The notes below the pieces were generated by a model. That model made no database searches. It was given only the letters and a program-made list of their open reading frames with translations, and had not been told where the DNA came from. From Octopus sinensis (Eukaryota), in the NCBI RefSeq assembly GCF_006345805.1, contig NC_042998.1, positions 114,576,001 to 114,640,000 on the forward strand: a DNA stretch of 64,000 nucleotides, in the 5' to 3' direction. A program made the position numbers and the translations under genes. Of this stretch, positions 44,811-60,802 are shown piece by piece (within the stretch, counting starts at the first letter, position 1; each line of letters begins with the position of its first letter).

Positions 44811-47436
44811 GATATGTATCTCCGTATGTATGTATATGTATATGTGTTTTTTTCTAAATGCCATCTGTTTCTGTTAAAAACAGCAGAACCTCATATTTAA
44901 CTTTGAAAACAATGTTCGATATAGCCTACGTTGGATGCATTATGTCTACATAAATAACTTGAATCTGTTTGATATAAACTCCATAACTATTGATTGTTAA
45001 GGAATATGTATATATTTATACATATGCATGGTCGTGTATATATTTATGTATCACACACACACACAAACACGTACACACACACACACGTATTATATCACAT
45101 TTATATGAATGAACTATCTGAAATATTTTATATATATGAATGGATCTGCTACAAGTGGCATATGTCACACTAATACGCATGACCAGTATATGGTGACAAT
45201 ATTGAAGCGGCAAGTAAAATTATAGCAACTAAAAAGTAAACAAAAAGAAAGATGCATTGACACACACACGCACATGCACGCACACATGCACGTACGCATG
45301 TACATACACACACACACGCGCATATACACACGCACACATACACTCTCACACACACGTACACGCAGAGAAAAATATTTAGATAGATAAAGAGAGATGTAGA
45401 GGGAAAGAATATGCAGTAAAAGAAGGCAAAGTATTCTAAAATGTTAAAAAAATGAATATATGAGAATTGTTCAGAAAGTTTCGCAGCATGAGATACGTTG
45501 ATTGCAAGACATGTTATATACAAAATATTTCCATAATACGTCACACATGTTATATGTATCAACACGGCATGCATGCAATATATATAAATAAATGTCATTT
45601 TATGCGTGTCTTTGTGAAAATATATGTGAGTATATGCGTATGCATTGATATTTATTTACAGATGTGTGTATGCATACACACACACATATTTATATGCTTT
45701 TATATTTATATGTATATATATATCTACAAGCATACATATATGCCAGCACGCATAGCATTTATTGCATTATATTTTCCCATACGTTGCTTTATTTTCATAT
45801 TTTGGATCTTAACGTTATCTTAGCAAAGTCTTTCTAAAAATCGATATGTTGTACATATTTCTTGGTTAATAATAGAATGGAAATTGAATGAAAAAATAAA
45901 TACCTATAGATAGGCTGTTTTTATTTTTAAACACATATCTTACAGATGTTTTACTAAAGCAGAGTTGCCAGGAACTTGAAGTGGTCCGTGTTAGTATTTC
46001 TCCTTCGATAGATAAGATACGAAAATGGATGCTATGTAAGTTGTTCCAGAGATTTGAATAAGCCTGGAATATATGGAAAATTCGGTGTAAAATTTGAAAG
46101 TGTTAACATTATGAAAGTAATGTATTGAAGAGTTATTGTGATAATCTTAAGAAACTTTACACTGATTATACAATGTACAAGATATTGCTATCATTTTAGA
46201 CATAGGCTAAATACGAAGTAACCGAACGGAATGCAGAAAGTAAAATATTCTTTTCTGGTTTCGAATTGAAAAGTAAAAGAAATAACAAGAAAGTGAAATA
46301 GAACCTTATATTCTATACTCTATGTAATTTTTTTAAGGGATGCATGTATTTTCAGAACTTTTTGTTTTGTTTCTATTTCCGCTTTGTTTCTGGAGATTTA
46401 TGACAACCCAATGAATATGGCTATTACACACACACTGACACACACGCACACACTCACACACACACATACGCACACACACGCACACACGCACAGACACACA
46501 CACGTGCATGACCACAGGCACATTCATACGTATTATGTGATGTATGGTATGTGAGGCGTTCCCCGAGAGATAATATTCTAGGAGAGGCAGTAGTTTTCTC
46601 TGAGAAGCACGTTATCCATATTCAGTTTCTATCTGTTACCTGACTTTCACCTGTAACTCAAAAAGCTGAATGATGTATAGGTATCTAAGGGCATTAAATC
46701 ATTTTAATCAGTTGATTAAATCAGATTAGGGTAAAAATCTGATTTGATACCCACGGTGAATTTATCTGTCCATCTTAACATCTGAGCTCTAATTTCTTCG
46801 AACTGAATGGAAGAAAACTGAAGATGGTCTAACGATTAAAAAGTTGGAATGAACGAGCGTAGTGGAATGCTAAGAGTAGTGAAATGCTAAGAGCACTATA
46901 AAGTTCATGGTCACCTCGCCACATCCTTAGTTCAGACTGAGTCTTCCCGTTGGATCAAGGTAGGTCTCAAGGAGAGAATAAAGCTCACGTTTCTAAAATC
47001 TCTGTCATTGTAATCTAATTCACGTGTAAGACATGTTTTTGCTCACATCCTATTGGTGGACAATAAAAAGACATATGTGTAAACATGTCGCTTACGACTA
47101 CGTGTATTAGGGACTTTGCTAAACTTAATTGCTAGGTAACTAATAAGCATATATGTATGACAATAGGCATATAAAACCCATGCGTCTTGAAGCCAATTTA
47201 GCTACAAAAATAGCTTATAATACAATGGATAGGGGAAAAGTTGGAATATATTCGTTTGACTCATAGCCTGCACCATTCTGGAGCATATTAAACATGTTAA
47301 CTATTACACTAAAGTAACTGACACAGACAAGCACACACATATACATGTAAATCAGTATGTATACATACTACAGCACACACACACACACACACACAGACAC
47401 AGACACAGACACAGACACAGACACACAGACACACAG

Positions 47437-48379
<943 letters not shown>

Positions 48380-48386
48380 TATATAC

Positions 48387-48417
<31 letters not shown>

Positions 48418-48495
48418 CATACATACATAAATACATACATATACATACATACATGCATATGTGTGTGTGTGTTTCTGTATATATATATATATGTA

Positions 48496-48753
48496 CAGGG
48501 TAGCCCAAAAGTAGGTTTACAGTTATCACGTAGGCACTTTAAATTTCTTTTAAAACATTTTATTACATTTAATTTTCTATCGTACAAACTGACAAGGGTG
48601 CTCGACAAATTAACTAAATTAGCATACAATAATGGTTCCATACATTTTTTTATAATTAAGAACTAAACACTTAATATATGAATGCGAAACACTTAATTTA
48701 TGAATACGAAAGAGATAGTTGAATAATTGTAAACCTACTTTTGGGCCACCCTG
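48496..48753. mobile_element. 258-bp MITE (Tc1/mariner-type)
   Basis: ~30-bp TIRs CAGGGT(A/G)GCCCAAAAGTAGGTTTACA(G/A)TTAT, TA duplication on both sides, non-coding interior. Confidence 0.93.
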
Positions 48754-48771
48754 TATATGTAAGTATATATA

Positions 48772-48922
48772 TACGATGTGCTTCTTTCAGTTTCCGTCTA
48801 CATATCCACTTACAAGGCTTCATTCGGCCCGATGCTGTAGTACAGAACATCTGCACAAGGTACAACGCAGTGGGACTGAACCTGAAACCATCGGGCTGGG
48901 AAGCAAGCGTCTTACCGAACAT
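48772..48922 (-). mobile_element. Head-only SINE family A copy
   Basis: cttctttcagtttccgtcta..gcagtgggactgaacc..cttacc. Confidence 0.8.
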
Positions 48923-49611
48923 ATCAGAAGAGAGTATAACCCGAATTTGTACCAAAATTGATGATGAGAGCAATTTTATATGAAATAAATAACTGATCTG
49001 TTTAATTAATCTTGAAACTGTATATATCGTAATAATTACCTAAGATATGTCGTGCCAGTAAAGGTCACAAAAATGGCTCATTGAAGGAATGTCTTAATTA
49101 TTCTACAGTCAAACACCTTGCAAAGTATACGGATAGATATTGGTTAATAAAAATTACTGACAGACACGCTCCAGTCTGTAGCTCTACCTCCGTCAACTCT
49201 AAAATCACAATAAAGGTTTCTGTTTTTCAGTCATTGATCGTCTTCTTCTCTACTTACTTCCTCCTGACCAACCAGTTTAAACTCTTTTCATATATGTTTG
49301 TTGTGTAAAATCCCTCAAGCACACCGCACACGTTAAACAATAGTTGCAATTCTGATTACATATGTGTGTGCGTGTGTGTGTGTGTGTGAATGCGTGTGTG
49401 CGTATGTTTGTGACTATGTGTGCGTTTGTGTGTGTGTCTTAGTATATCTTTCTACCTAATTTCTGCCGACATACAGACCTACCTACCTACCTACCTACCT
49501 ACCTACCTACCTACCTACTTACCTACCTACCTACCTACTTACCTACCTACCTACCTATCTACCTACCTACTTACCTACCTATCTACCCACCTTCTCTGTT
49601 CTGCCTGTTTG

Positions 49612-49666
<55 letters not shown>

Positions 49667-50610
49667 ATCTGTCTGTCTGTCCGTCTGTCTGTCTGCCTAA
49701 CTATCTATCTATCTATCTATCTATCTTTCTATCTATCTATCGACCTATCTATCGTTGACTCGTTTTCTTAGATTTTAGTAATATTTGACATTTAAGTACC
49801 AAATGTTGGATATGACTGAAGACAATCAATTTCTAACGTGAAATGAAAATCCTATATTTTGAGAGGTAGAATATAATCAAGTAGATCGATACCAGTACAA
49901 CAAACAGTATGTATGGAACAGGTGAAGCTCATATACACGCACTGGCACTTTTTTGCATCGCGAACGGAAAATGCAAATGACATGCAAAAAACTCATCTCC
50001 AGTAGTTCTTTGTTAGATTTAACGACTTGCTGATTCTAGACAAACAGCAGTGTGTTGATTTACTCATACTTACTACTCCACTTCTTTCTCAATGTAGACT
50101 GTAGTCTACTTTGTTTGCTTTTTCCTGGTCACAGGCATAATGTAGAATTAAACTCAGCAATCCTGTCATATGCAGGAAGACGAGACTATATAAAAAAAAA
50201 CATCAAGCGTATAAGCTAGTTCCTTACATCTTTCTGAAAGGGATTTTAGGTTATTTTTGTTTTTTTTCATACCTATATTACATCTATAAAAAAATTATAG
50301 AATAAAAAACACGGTCTCCCTAAGTCATGGTAAATATTGTGCCGTTTGCATGTGAACTATCTCATTTACATATGACTTCATCAAATAACGTATTTGCAGC
50401 TTCCCTATTTTTTTTCTTTTCTAGTCATCATTCGTACAGGAATCATTCTTCTTTTTAAACAGTTCCCTTAATTTTTTTTCATTTGCTTTCATTTTTTTAA
50501 CGTTTAATTTTTATTCTTCTGTCATCAACATTATCCTATTCCTCTTACCTATAAAGTTTTCTTTACATTAACCCCTTTGCAACCCTTAACTACTCCAGGA
50601 ATACCCCATT

Positions 50611-50677
<67 letters not shown>

Positions 50678-51584
50678 CTGGAGCTTTTTTTTCTCTCCCT
50701 TATCACAAATTTTTCTATTGACATGTCACTTTAACGTGTCAAATCGAAAATACTCCAAATAAATTTCAGAAAAAGCACCGATTTGTGATCAGGCATCTTG
50801 TATAAGGACTTCATCGACTCACAGTGACATCTGTGTCAATTTCGAATCGTTATCACCATTCAGTGCAGCACTTGTAAGAATATCCCAGCACCATGTTTTT
50901 TCAACGACGCCATGTTTTGTATTATTCTGCGCAAGCTATGGAAAACTAGATTAGCTTTCACGTGGAAGGACAAGTTATAAACATTTACAAACTACTAGCG
51001 TTTCTTTTGTTTTCGAGTTGGCTTCTTTCAGCGTTAGGGATTTGATTGACAGTTTCTTGCTACAAGTAGATTGCCACAAGCACTATATATTGGCGTCCCT
51101 TGCTGAAGAATGCCAAACTATATCATATTATCAGTGAGGAAAAGCGAAGAACCTGACAGCAAACTGGCCAATCTTCATCAATTCTATTCAAAAAGCTTTA
51201 ACCTTTTTTCCTCGCTTTCTTTCTTTACTTTCTGCCTCTCTGTCACCTTACGCAAGATTCAAGTGTTTTTCAAATATCCGAGAAAGTCATTCTTTAGATT
51301 TAATAGTCCATAGGTGAAGATTGTATGCATATACAAATGTATGAATGCACGCCGACATATGCAAATAACTGGCTATGTCTATATGAAGGTGTTTATGTAT
51401 ATGCATGTGCGCATATATGTTAATGCGTGTATATGGTGATGTGTTCTTGTGCATGCGCATAGGTTTATGAATATATATATATATATATATATATTCATGT
51501 ATCTGTGTGTGTGTATAGATACGCACACACACATATATATATATATTCTGTCTATGTATGTATGTATGCATATATATGTCTATG

Positions 51585-51637
<53 letters not shown>

Positions 51638-53662
51638 GATATTATATATATACATATATGTATACATATACCTGTGTGTGTATGGATACACATATACATG
51701 TATACATATGAATATAATGTATATAAATTTTATATATATACATATATATATATATATGCACACACACACACGCGCATATATTCATATACAAATGCATTTA
51801 CTGTGTGAGAGTGCATGTGTTTGTGTGTGTGTTTATGTGTGTCTTATTCCATTTTAACTACGGAAGTGTATACTGCTGCTGTTGAGCCAACATTATCAAA
51901 ATTTTAAGAAGCATTTCTCACAAGTGTTATTTTACTATCTTTCTTTCAAACGTATAGAATATAATTCAGCTGGAAATAACCATCAACAGCTCGCACTCTG
52001 CATCGATTGCAACTTCCTTCTTTTCTATGATCATATAAATTAGAAAAAAAGCAGAGAATTGAAAAAAAATCTAAAAAGGAATATATGAAATACATAGCAC
52101 GAATAATAAAAAAGAAAAATACCTCAAATAAAATATAAAATATATTCATATGAATGAAGTAGAGATTTAAGGGGATTTTCTGTAGATGAACCGGTTTGTT
52201 TTTAAATGTTTTGGTTTAAACACAAAGTAAAAAAGTAATATTTTATGATTTCATTCTATTTCTTTTTTTAAAATTCAATTTAATGTCTCGTGTTTATTAA
52301 AGTGCAGTGCGGTAGAAATAAATGAAATTATATTACAGTTTTAAATAACTTTTACATTAATAGTGGTTGTATCATTATAAATTGATTGATCATAAATATA
52401 AATATTTTCTTTCCTTTTTACACAGCCACAGCAACGGGAACAACAACAACAGCAACAACAACGACAACAGCAATAACAACAACATACTACTACTACAATA
52501 GTAATGCTAATGAGTCAATAAGAGAATCTCTACTCAGTGCGTTGGCAGAGCAAAAGTATGAACCATTCTCACTGAAAACCTACGCTATTATTTTATGAAG
52601 AAAAACAAAGAAAACACACATTTGACAATGTAGATATACGTACACTAAAAAGATGGGAGTGTCATAAGTGATTATAATAGTGTTAGGCCTAAATTGAACT
52701 GTGGTTAAACAGCTAAAACAACATCAACGGCTATAGTAATAATAGTTTGAAGCATAGTTGCAAGGCCAAAACCCTGAGGAAAGTTAAACTATTAAAACTA
52801 GTTTCAAAACTTTACTGGTACTTAATTTTATCGCGTTCAGAAGGATGAAAAGCAACACTAACCATAGACGTAAAATTTACCATGTCACTGTTTTGTTCGA
52901 CGCTCTAACGATACTGCCAATTCAGCGTTCTTTGAAATTAGTATATGATTTATTTTCTTTTTTTTTACATCGAGACAGCATTTTAGGTTGGCATTGCATT
53001 CTTTCCTTTCCAGTTATTTTCAGTCCAGTATTGGATTAAGCCACAGCATACCGTATTCACGTGATAAACTTTGCTCATTACTTTGACTGGCTTAAGACAT
53101 ATGCATGTTGCAACATTTGTATGTATATGCGTGTATGTGTATATGAGTGTGTTCGTGTGTGTGTGTGTGTGTGTGTTTGTGTGTGTGTATGTGTGTGTAC
53201 TGTGTATTGGAGCAGCGGTTCAGGTTTTCCATGGATTTGAGGATTGTGGAACCACCTCTTCGCCACTATTTTTCCCAGATATATTTTGACCTAGAGCAGT
53301 AGCACCTATGCGAGGCCACAGCTATCGCTTTAGTACCATATTGAGGCTTACCTACCTATGCATGTGGAGACAAGATCCGAAGGACTCTACGTAAGAAAAC
53401 TGCATGATACAACGGCGGGAATGCAGCAGTGCACTGTGAAGAGCAGGATGTAAGATGAGGCAAATAAGTAATCTTGGTCGTCCACTGCATCCGTCTCCAT
53501 CTATAGTCATCTCGACCTACTGTGGCCATGAGTTGAAGACGGTCGTGGTCAAGAGAATGAGGTTAACGTGAAACAACCCTTCTTCACTTTAAACAAAGCC
53601 ACCGCAACAAGTCATCAGTCACCCTTAATCACGTCCTCGTCGCTCAAACGGACGAATATGAC

Positions 53663-53780
<118 letters not shown>

Positions 53781-53788
53781 TTATCTAT

Positions 53789-53826
<38 letters not shown>

Positions 53827-54375
53827 GTCCATCTATATTTATGTATCTGTACGCAAGCAGATGCATACATACACACACGTACACACGCTACGCAAATGAA
53901 TTCGTATCATCGGTAGCAGATTTAATGGCCCCTTTAATAATTTGCTACATTTCAAAAACACTGATTCAAATGAACTATAAGTTTGGTTGTTATACTTGTT
54001 TTTAAACTGTATGTGTAAAACAACGTACAGCCTATAAACAGCTAACGCAGATTGTTAAAATAAAAGTAAAAAGAAAAACCACAAACAAAGAAATAAACTA
54101 AAACAACATCACAAAAACAAATTCTTTTTTACAAATGGTCAATACATCTAGAATAGATTATTTCAACAATACACGAATGTATTTACATTGAGGGTAACTG
54201 TCTGCATATTGATAAGGTCAGCCTATTGATAACGTCAACAAGACTCTGGAACCAGTCCAAATTCAGAAGAAATTATATAGAGACGATAAATACTTCCATT
54301 TTACACTTGTATACCACTTTCAATATATTTCTATTGAATATTTCGTTTCAAGATGTATGTTTTGGCTTCGATGAT

Positions 54376-54413
<38 letters not shown>

Positions 54414-54448
54414 TATCATTATCATTATCATCATCATTATTATTATTA

Positions 54449-54494
<46 letters not shown>

Positions 54495-54724
54495 ATTATG
54501 ATCATTTCATTTTTTTTTTCATAGAATTTTGTCGTAGTCAACAGAATTTCCAATGTTTATGTACATTTTATGTCTTCGTGGGGTAGCATTAATCGATGAT
54601 ACCAAAGTACTATTATATTTATAAATATCAGTCAGGATGTGTTGGATATATATATAAAATCAAAGGAGATGAATCTGAAACGTGTACTGTTAATAACTGC
54701 CTCAGATGACGGATGTTCGTGCAT

Positions 54725-55070
54725 ATTCCTCTTTATATATTACTTGTTTCAATAATTTACTGCGGCGCCACGCTGCAGCGTTGTATTGTAGATTTAGTCT
54801 AACAAATCGACGCCAGTACTTATCTGAAACTTGCTGTTTACTTTGTCGGTTCTGTTTGACGAACAGCAAATTTAAAGGAATGTGAACAGACTAGGACTAC
54901 TTGTCAAGCGGTAGGGACAACAAACATAAACACAAAGACACATACGTACATTTGAATATATAAACAACGGGCTTTCAGACAGCTTCCGTGTACTAAATAC
55001 TTAAACGATGCAGTTATTGACTCGGGTCAATATTACAAGCCACTTGTCCATGCCATCTTGCACTGAAACC
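54725..55070 (-). mobile_element. Old diverged SINE family A copy
   Basis: tacttgtttca..caaatcgac..gtcaagcg..aacgggctt..cttccgt are colinear with family A. Confidence 0.55.
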
Positions 55071-55600
55071 GCCAAGATTGAAACAATTTGCGAGATAATA
55101 TGACCTGCACAAATGATGTGTTTATAGCGATCAAATATTCGTGCCGCACATTAGCTTGCTCTTTCCATCAGATCGACGTTGTCTGAATAGGTGCACGGTG
55201 CACCACGCGACAGGTTTTGAAGTGATGACAGAGCTATGTGAGACGAAGCGTTTCGGCCAAGAACACAACCGTACCACCCAGTTTAGCAATTGAAATCACG
55301 ATCGTAAAAAGGTGAGTGCAAACCCCTAACCACTAGTTCTATATATATGAACACATATTATAAGACTTAATTGATCAAAGTTCAAAAAATTTTTATCAAA
55401 TAAATGAAATCAAGTAGATTGGATACTAAAATGGATTATCCTTTTATTTCGTATTCCCTGACAATTGTTTCTGACAAAAGGACCAAGATTTCCTTAAAGA
55501 GAAAATCACAAAGGTTGAATTTCTACTCTTCAGTAGGTAAGATTTAAAGGAAAATAAACAAACAAAACAAAAATACGTTTAAAATATACATATACATATA

Positions 55601-55764
55601 TACGACAGGCTTCTTCCAGTTTCCGTCTACCAAATCCACTCACAAGGCTTTGGTCAGCCCGAGGCTATAGTAGAAGACACTTGCCCAAGGTGCCACGCAG
55701 TGGGACTGAACCCGGAACCATGTGGTTGGTAGACAAGCTACTTACCACACAGCCACTCCTGCGC
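55601..55764 (-). mobile_element. Head-only SINE family A copy directly abutting a full copy
   Basis: Near-identical to the reverse complement of 881-1045. Confidence 0.9.
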
Positions 55765-55973
55765 TATTCTTTTATTCGTTTCAGTAATTTGAATGCAGCC
55801 ATGCTGGTGCACCGCCTTTCGTCGAACAAATCGTCCCCAGGGCTTATTCTCTATAAGCCCAGTACTTATTCTATCAGCGTCTTTTGCTGAACTGTTAAGT
55901 AACGGGAACATAAACACACCAACATCGGTTGTCAGGCGATGTTGGGGGTACAAACACAGACACACAAACATAT

Positions 55974-56024
<51 letters not shown>

Positions 56025-56173
56025 TATATACGATGGGCTTCTTTCAGTTTCCGTCTACCAAATCCATTCACAAGGCTTTGGTCGGCCTGAGGCTATAGTA
56101 GAAGACACTTGCCGAAAGTGCCACGCAGTGGGACTGAACTGGTTGGTAAGGAAGCTACTTACCACAAAGCCAC
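55765..56173 (-). mobile_element. Full-length SINE family A
   Basis: Head, central microsatellite and 3' body are all present. Confidence 0.9.
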
Positions 56174-58427
56174 ACTACAGACTAGGTGATACAGAGTAAC
56201 AAGCATTGTAAGACTGGATTGCTGTGTAGATATTTTCGTAGAGGTACATCAAAGAAAGAGGAAGAAGATATCGATATGATAAAAGTGTTCATATTGTATA
56301 CTGTACTACTACTCTTTAAACCATATTTCTCATAAACAGTTACGGATGTCAGATATCATAGGACTTTTATAATAATACATATTTGGAAAAAATGGGAGGC
56401 ATGGCATCTCAATTGACGGTTACCAGATTCAGCTGTTTTACATGATAGGATGTAGGCAAATTACATATGTCATGAATGTTTCATAATCTTTTTCTATATG
56501 CATACGCTTCTTGTTCTACTGGAGATAGATCAGGACAATGGTTTTGCTGATGACACCTATTGAGGAAGGAATAACTATCCAGAACCGTCCTCTCATCTTC
56601 AGAAAATAAAATTATCTACAGAAAATAAATTCGAAGACATGTCAGCCTCGCATTATACTCGAAACTTGACATTCTCTCCTCCAGCATCTTCTACGGGTTT
56701 GTTCTTAATCGAATTTTGGTAACTGGAACACATCACCAAGATAATTTTAATGAACCAGGTATTTATGCTGTGTTGTTCATATACAGGTGACATTAGTTAA
56801 TTTTTTTGAGTTAATTCTGTTTAATTGATGCACGCACATGCACTCACATGCACCTACACCTATATATATGTGTGTATGTGTGTAATATACATAAACAAGT
56901 GTCTGCGTGTGCATGCACGCGAGCGCGTGTATATGTATACGCACACATTTATACTTATTTATAGATATAAATATTTATACCTATCTGTACATACATATAG
57001 ATATATACTCACAGATATATGTATATCTATATTTAATTATGAATGTATGTTTGTATGTATATATATATATAAGTATGAATATATATATATGTATATATAT
57101 GTATATATATATATATGTATGTATATATATATATATGCTTATATATATATATGTATATATATATACATACACACACCCACACATATGTATATATGTAAAT
57201 ATATATATATGTATGTATTGGTACATTAGAGTATGTGTGTGTATGTATCTGTGTATCTATGTAGGTATATGAATATCAAACTCAATTGCTAAAGAGAAAA
57301 TAATATAAAAAAATACACTACCGCCTTTCACATTATAATGTAGTTTGAATTGAATGGATAACATTAATATTATCTCCATTAATCCTGAACCTTGATATCC
57401 CATTGATATCAGATTATTTGTATACTGAAGAACTCTTCAATTGGCGGAGATCTTAAAGAATATACAACAGGAAGAAAATCGGTGAGTGCGTACAGGAAGA
57501 GGCGTGCAGATAAATAAGAAACATTAAAACATTGTTAGTTTGTAGTAGGTGGGGGAGAAATGTACGTAAAGATGAAGATTGTCAAGATGTCAGAAGAGGT
57601 GAAATTAGAGCGAGAGCAGTAAGAGATGAGGATCAGCTAGTAAGTATTTAACAACTTCGTGTGTCACTCAGCAAAATTAGGATCACCAGCTGATAACGTC
57701 TAGACAGACATTATAAACTCACACACAATGTTTCGTTGGTGGGAGTCCGTTTGAATTCTAAGGAATAAACCCGGAATGTCCGCCTGCTCAGTGGGAAAGT
57801 CCGTTTTGAATCGATGCTGTCTACAATCACTCAAGCAATGCTAACGTACATCAAACACGCCACTTGAGGTTTGAACAAGAATATTCGGAAGTGATTACAG
57901 TGGCTAATAAGGGAACTAGAAGAAACTCAACAACAAAAGAAACACTGCTTCCTCGCTTGTTATTTTTATGTTCGTTTGTGATTTCTTTTACTTGTCTTTA
58001 TTTCCCTCGTCTGTAGAAAAGAGGAGTTCGTTTAAAACAAACAATCATACCTAATGCCTAAAAGAATATGTGATAAAGGCTACAAAGCAGGTCAACGAGA
58101 GAAAACAAGAATTAATTGTTCTTGTTATCTATTTATTTATACGCTTTTTATTTTTAATGGTTCGTCGGTTTTGCAATTTGCCCTCATAGGAAAAGAATTG
58201 TGACCTGATCTTTGGAAAAGAAATACACGTGTTATGGTTGGTTCTAGGTCAGAAATGAGACAAAGATGAATAGCGAGAGAATAATGGCTGTCTAACTCTA
58301 GTATCAGTATTGTGTGCTCAATGCAGGAGGTACATGCCATACAAATTGCAGACGTTGCAAAGCGTGTATGTAGTTACATCTTTTAGCAACACTCTCTTTA
58401 CAAATGCCGCGTACATGTTTCATATAT

Positions 58428-58517
<90 letters not shown>

Positions 58518-58850
58518 TGTGTTTGTGTGTGTGTGTGTGCCTGTGAGTGCATATACATGTTCATGCATACGTAGATATATATACGTACGATTATATATAT
58601 GTGAATATGTTTGTGTTTATGTGTGTGCCTGTGCGCGCGCGCGTGCGACTGTATATATATATGTATATATATATATATAAATGTATTTACATATACATGT
58701 ATATACATGTATATACACGTACATATATATGCATGTATATATGCATGTAATAAATTATATATGGAAGAATATATATATATTTATATATATATACATGCAT
58801 ACACATATATCTATACATATATACATATATCTATACATATATACATATAT

Positions 58851-58892
<42 letters not shown>

Positions 58893-58922
58893 ATATACAT
58901 ACATACACATATATGTATACAT

Positions 58923-59013
<91 letters not shown>

Positions 59014-59288
59014 CACTGTTGGGGTCACTCCTAAATCGTTATATTTATATATTTAGTCGATGACTATTTTCTCTTTTTCACCAGGCCGCTGGTTGCGATA
59101 AATTTCTATTGAATTTTTTGCTACCCTAATTGACTAATTGATAATTTTCTGAATAATTCTGAGATTGAATCGGCAGTTTATATTTACTGTTGATAAGTTT
59201 GGCGCGAATACGTCAGTCTTGAAAATTTTAAGTCAGATATCCCGTAGGCTTCGATACAGACGCCTCGTGTATATTTGTCTCTCCCAGG

Positions 59289-59389
59289 TCTTTACTGATG
59301 AAGTGTAACCTATGGTAGATTGGCTTAATTTAATTTAATTAAGCTAATTTAATCATTAATGACACAGAAACGTTGCAACGTCTAAAAGA
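59289..59389 (+). ncRNA. Type I hammerhead ribozyme, unit 1
   Basis: Stem I TCTTTA / TAAA(A)GA; CTGATGA 59295-59301; branched stem II GTGT..ACAC closed by A.A; GAAA 59367-59370; palindromic stem III CGTTGCAACG; GUC ending at 59382. Confidence 0.8.
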
Positions 59390-59758
59390 TGAATTAGGGT
59401 AAATGTTTTTAAATTTTCACCTAATTTCTGAATTAATAATACTTGGCGGTGTGAGTTATGGCTGCTCTTTCTGGTGGACGAGTGACCTGTTGGGGTCACT
59501 CCTAATCGTTATATTTATATATTTAGTCGATGACTATTTTCTCTTTTTCACCAGGCCGCTGGTTGCGATAAATTTCTATTGAATTTTTTGCTACCCTAAA
59601 TTGACTAATGATAATTTTCTGAATAATTCTGAGATTGAATCGGCAGTTTATATTTACTGTTGATAAGTTTGGCGCGAATACGTCAGTCTTGAAAATTTTA
59701 AGTCAGATATCCCGTAGGCTTCGATACAGACGCCTCGTGTATATTTGTCTCTCCCAGG

Positions 59759-59859
59759 TCTTTACTGATGAAGTGTAACCTATGGTAGATTGGCTTAATT
59801 TAATTTAATTAAGCTAATTTAATCATTAATGACACAGAAACGTTGCAACGTCTAAAAGA
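59759..59859 (+). ncRNA. Type I hammerhead ribozyme, unit 2
   Basis: Same as unit 1; CTGATGA at 59765, GUC ending at 59852. Confidence 0.8.
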
Positions 59860-60230
59860 TGAATTAGGGTAAATGTTTTTAAATTTTCACCTAATTTCTG
59901 AATTAATAATACTTGGCGGTGTGAGTTATGGCTGCTCTTTCTGGTGGACGAGTGACCTGTTGGGGTCACTCCTAAATCGTTATATTTATATATTTAGTCG
60001 ATGACTATTTTCTCTTTTTCACCAGGCCGCTGGTTGCGATAAATTTCTATTGAATTTTTTGCTACCCTAAATTGACTAATTGATAATTTTCTGAATAATT
60101 CTGAGATTGAATCGGTAGTTTATATTTACTGTTGATAAGTTTGGCGCGAATACGTCAGTCTTGAAAATTTTAAGTCAGATATCCCGTAGGCTTCGATACA
60201 GACGCCTCGTGTATATTTGTCTCTCCCAGG

Positions 60231-60330
60231 TCTTTACTGATGAAGTGTAACCTATGGTAGATTGGCTTAATTTATTTAATTAAGCTAATTTAATCATTAA
60301 TGACACAGAAACGTTGCAACGTCTAAAAGA
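60231..60330 (+). ncRNA. Type I hammerhead ribozyme, unit 3
   Basis: CTGATGA at 60237, GUC ending at 60323; 1-nt deletion in the stem II hairpin loop only. Confidence 0.8.
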
Positions 60331-60701
60331 TGAATTAGGGTAAATGTTTTTAAATTTTCACCTAATTTCTGAATTAATAATACTTGGCGGTGTGAGTTAT
60401 GGCTGCTCTTTCTGGTGGACGAGTGACCTGTTGGGGTCACTCCTAAATCGTTATATTTATATATTTAGTCGATGACTATTTTCTCTTTTTCACCAGGCCG
60501 CTGGTTGCGATAAATTTCTATTGAATTTTTTGCTACCCTAAATTGACTAATTGATAATTTTCTGAATAATTCTGAGATTGAATCGGCAGTTTATATTTAC
60601 TGTTGATAAGTTTGGCGCGAATACGTCAGTCTTGAAAATTTTAAGTCAGATATCCCGTAGGCTTCGATACAGACGCCTCGTGTATATTTGTCTCTCCCAG
60701 G

Positions 60702-60802
60702 TCTTTACTGATGAAGTGTAACCTATGGTAGATTGGCTTAATTTAATTTAATTAAGCTAATTTAATCATTAATGACACAGAAACGTTGCAACGTCTAAAA
60801 GA
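60702..60802 (+). ncRNA. Type I hammerhead ribozyme, unit 4
   Basis: CTGATGA at 60708, GUC ending at 60795. Confidence 0.8.

Noticed and set aside
55681-55890. Recurrent peptide PKVPRSGTEPGTMWLV (also at 803-1162 and 36787-37035)
   Set aside because: It is the antisense reading of the SINE tRNA-like head, not a gene family.
57418-57467. CTGAAGA framed by TTGTATA/TATACAA (HHR-like)
   Set aside because: There is no GAAA in the right position, and the stem II and III registers do not fit. At best an unprovable remnant.
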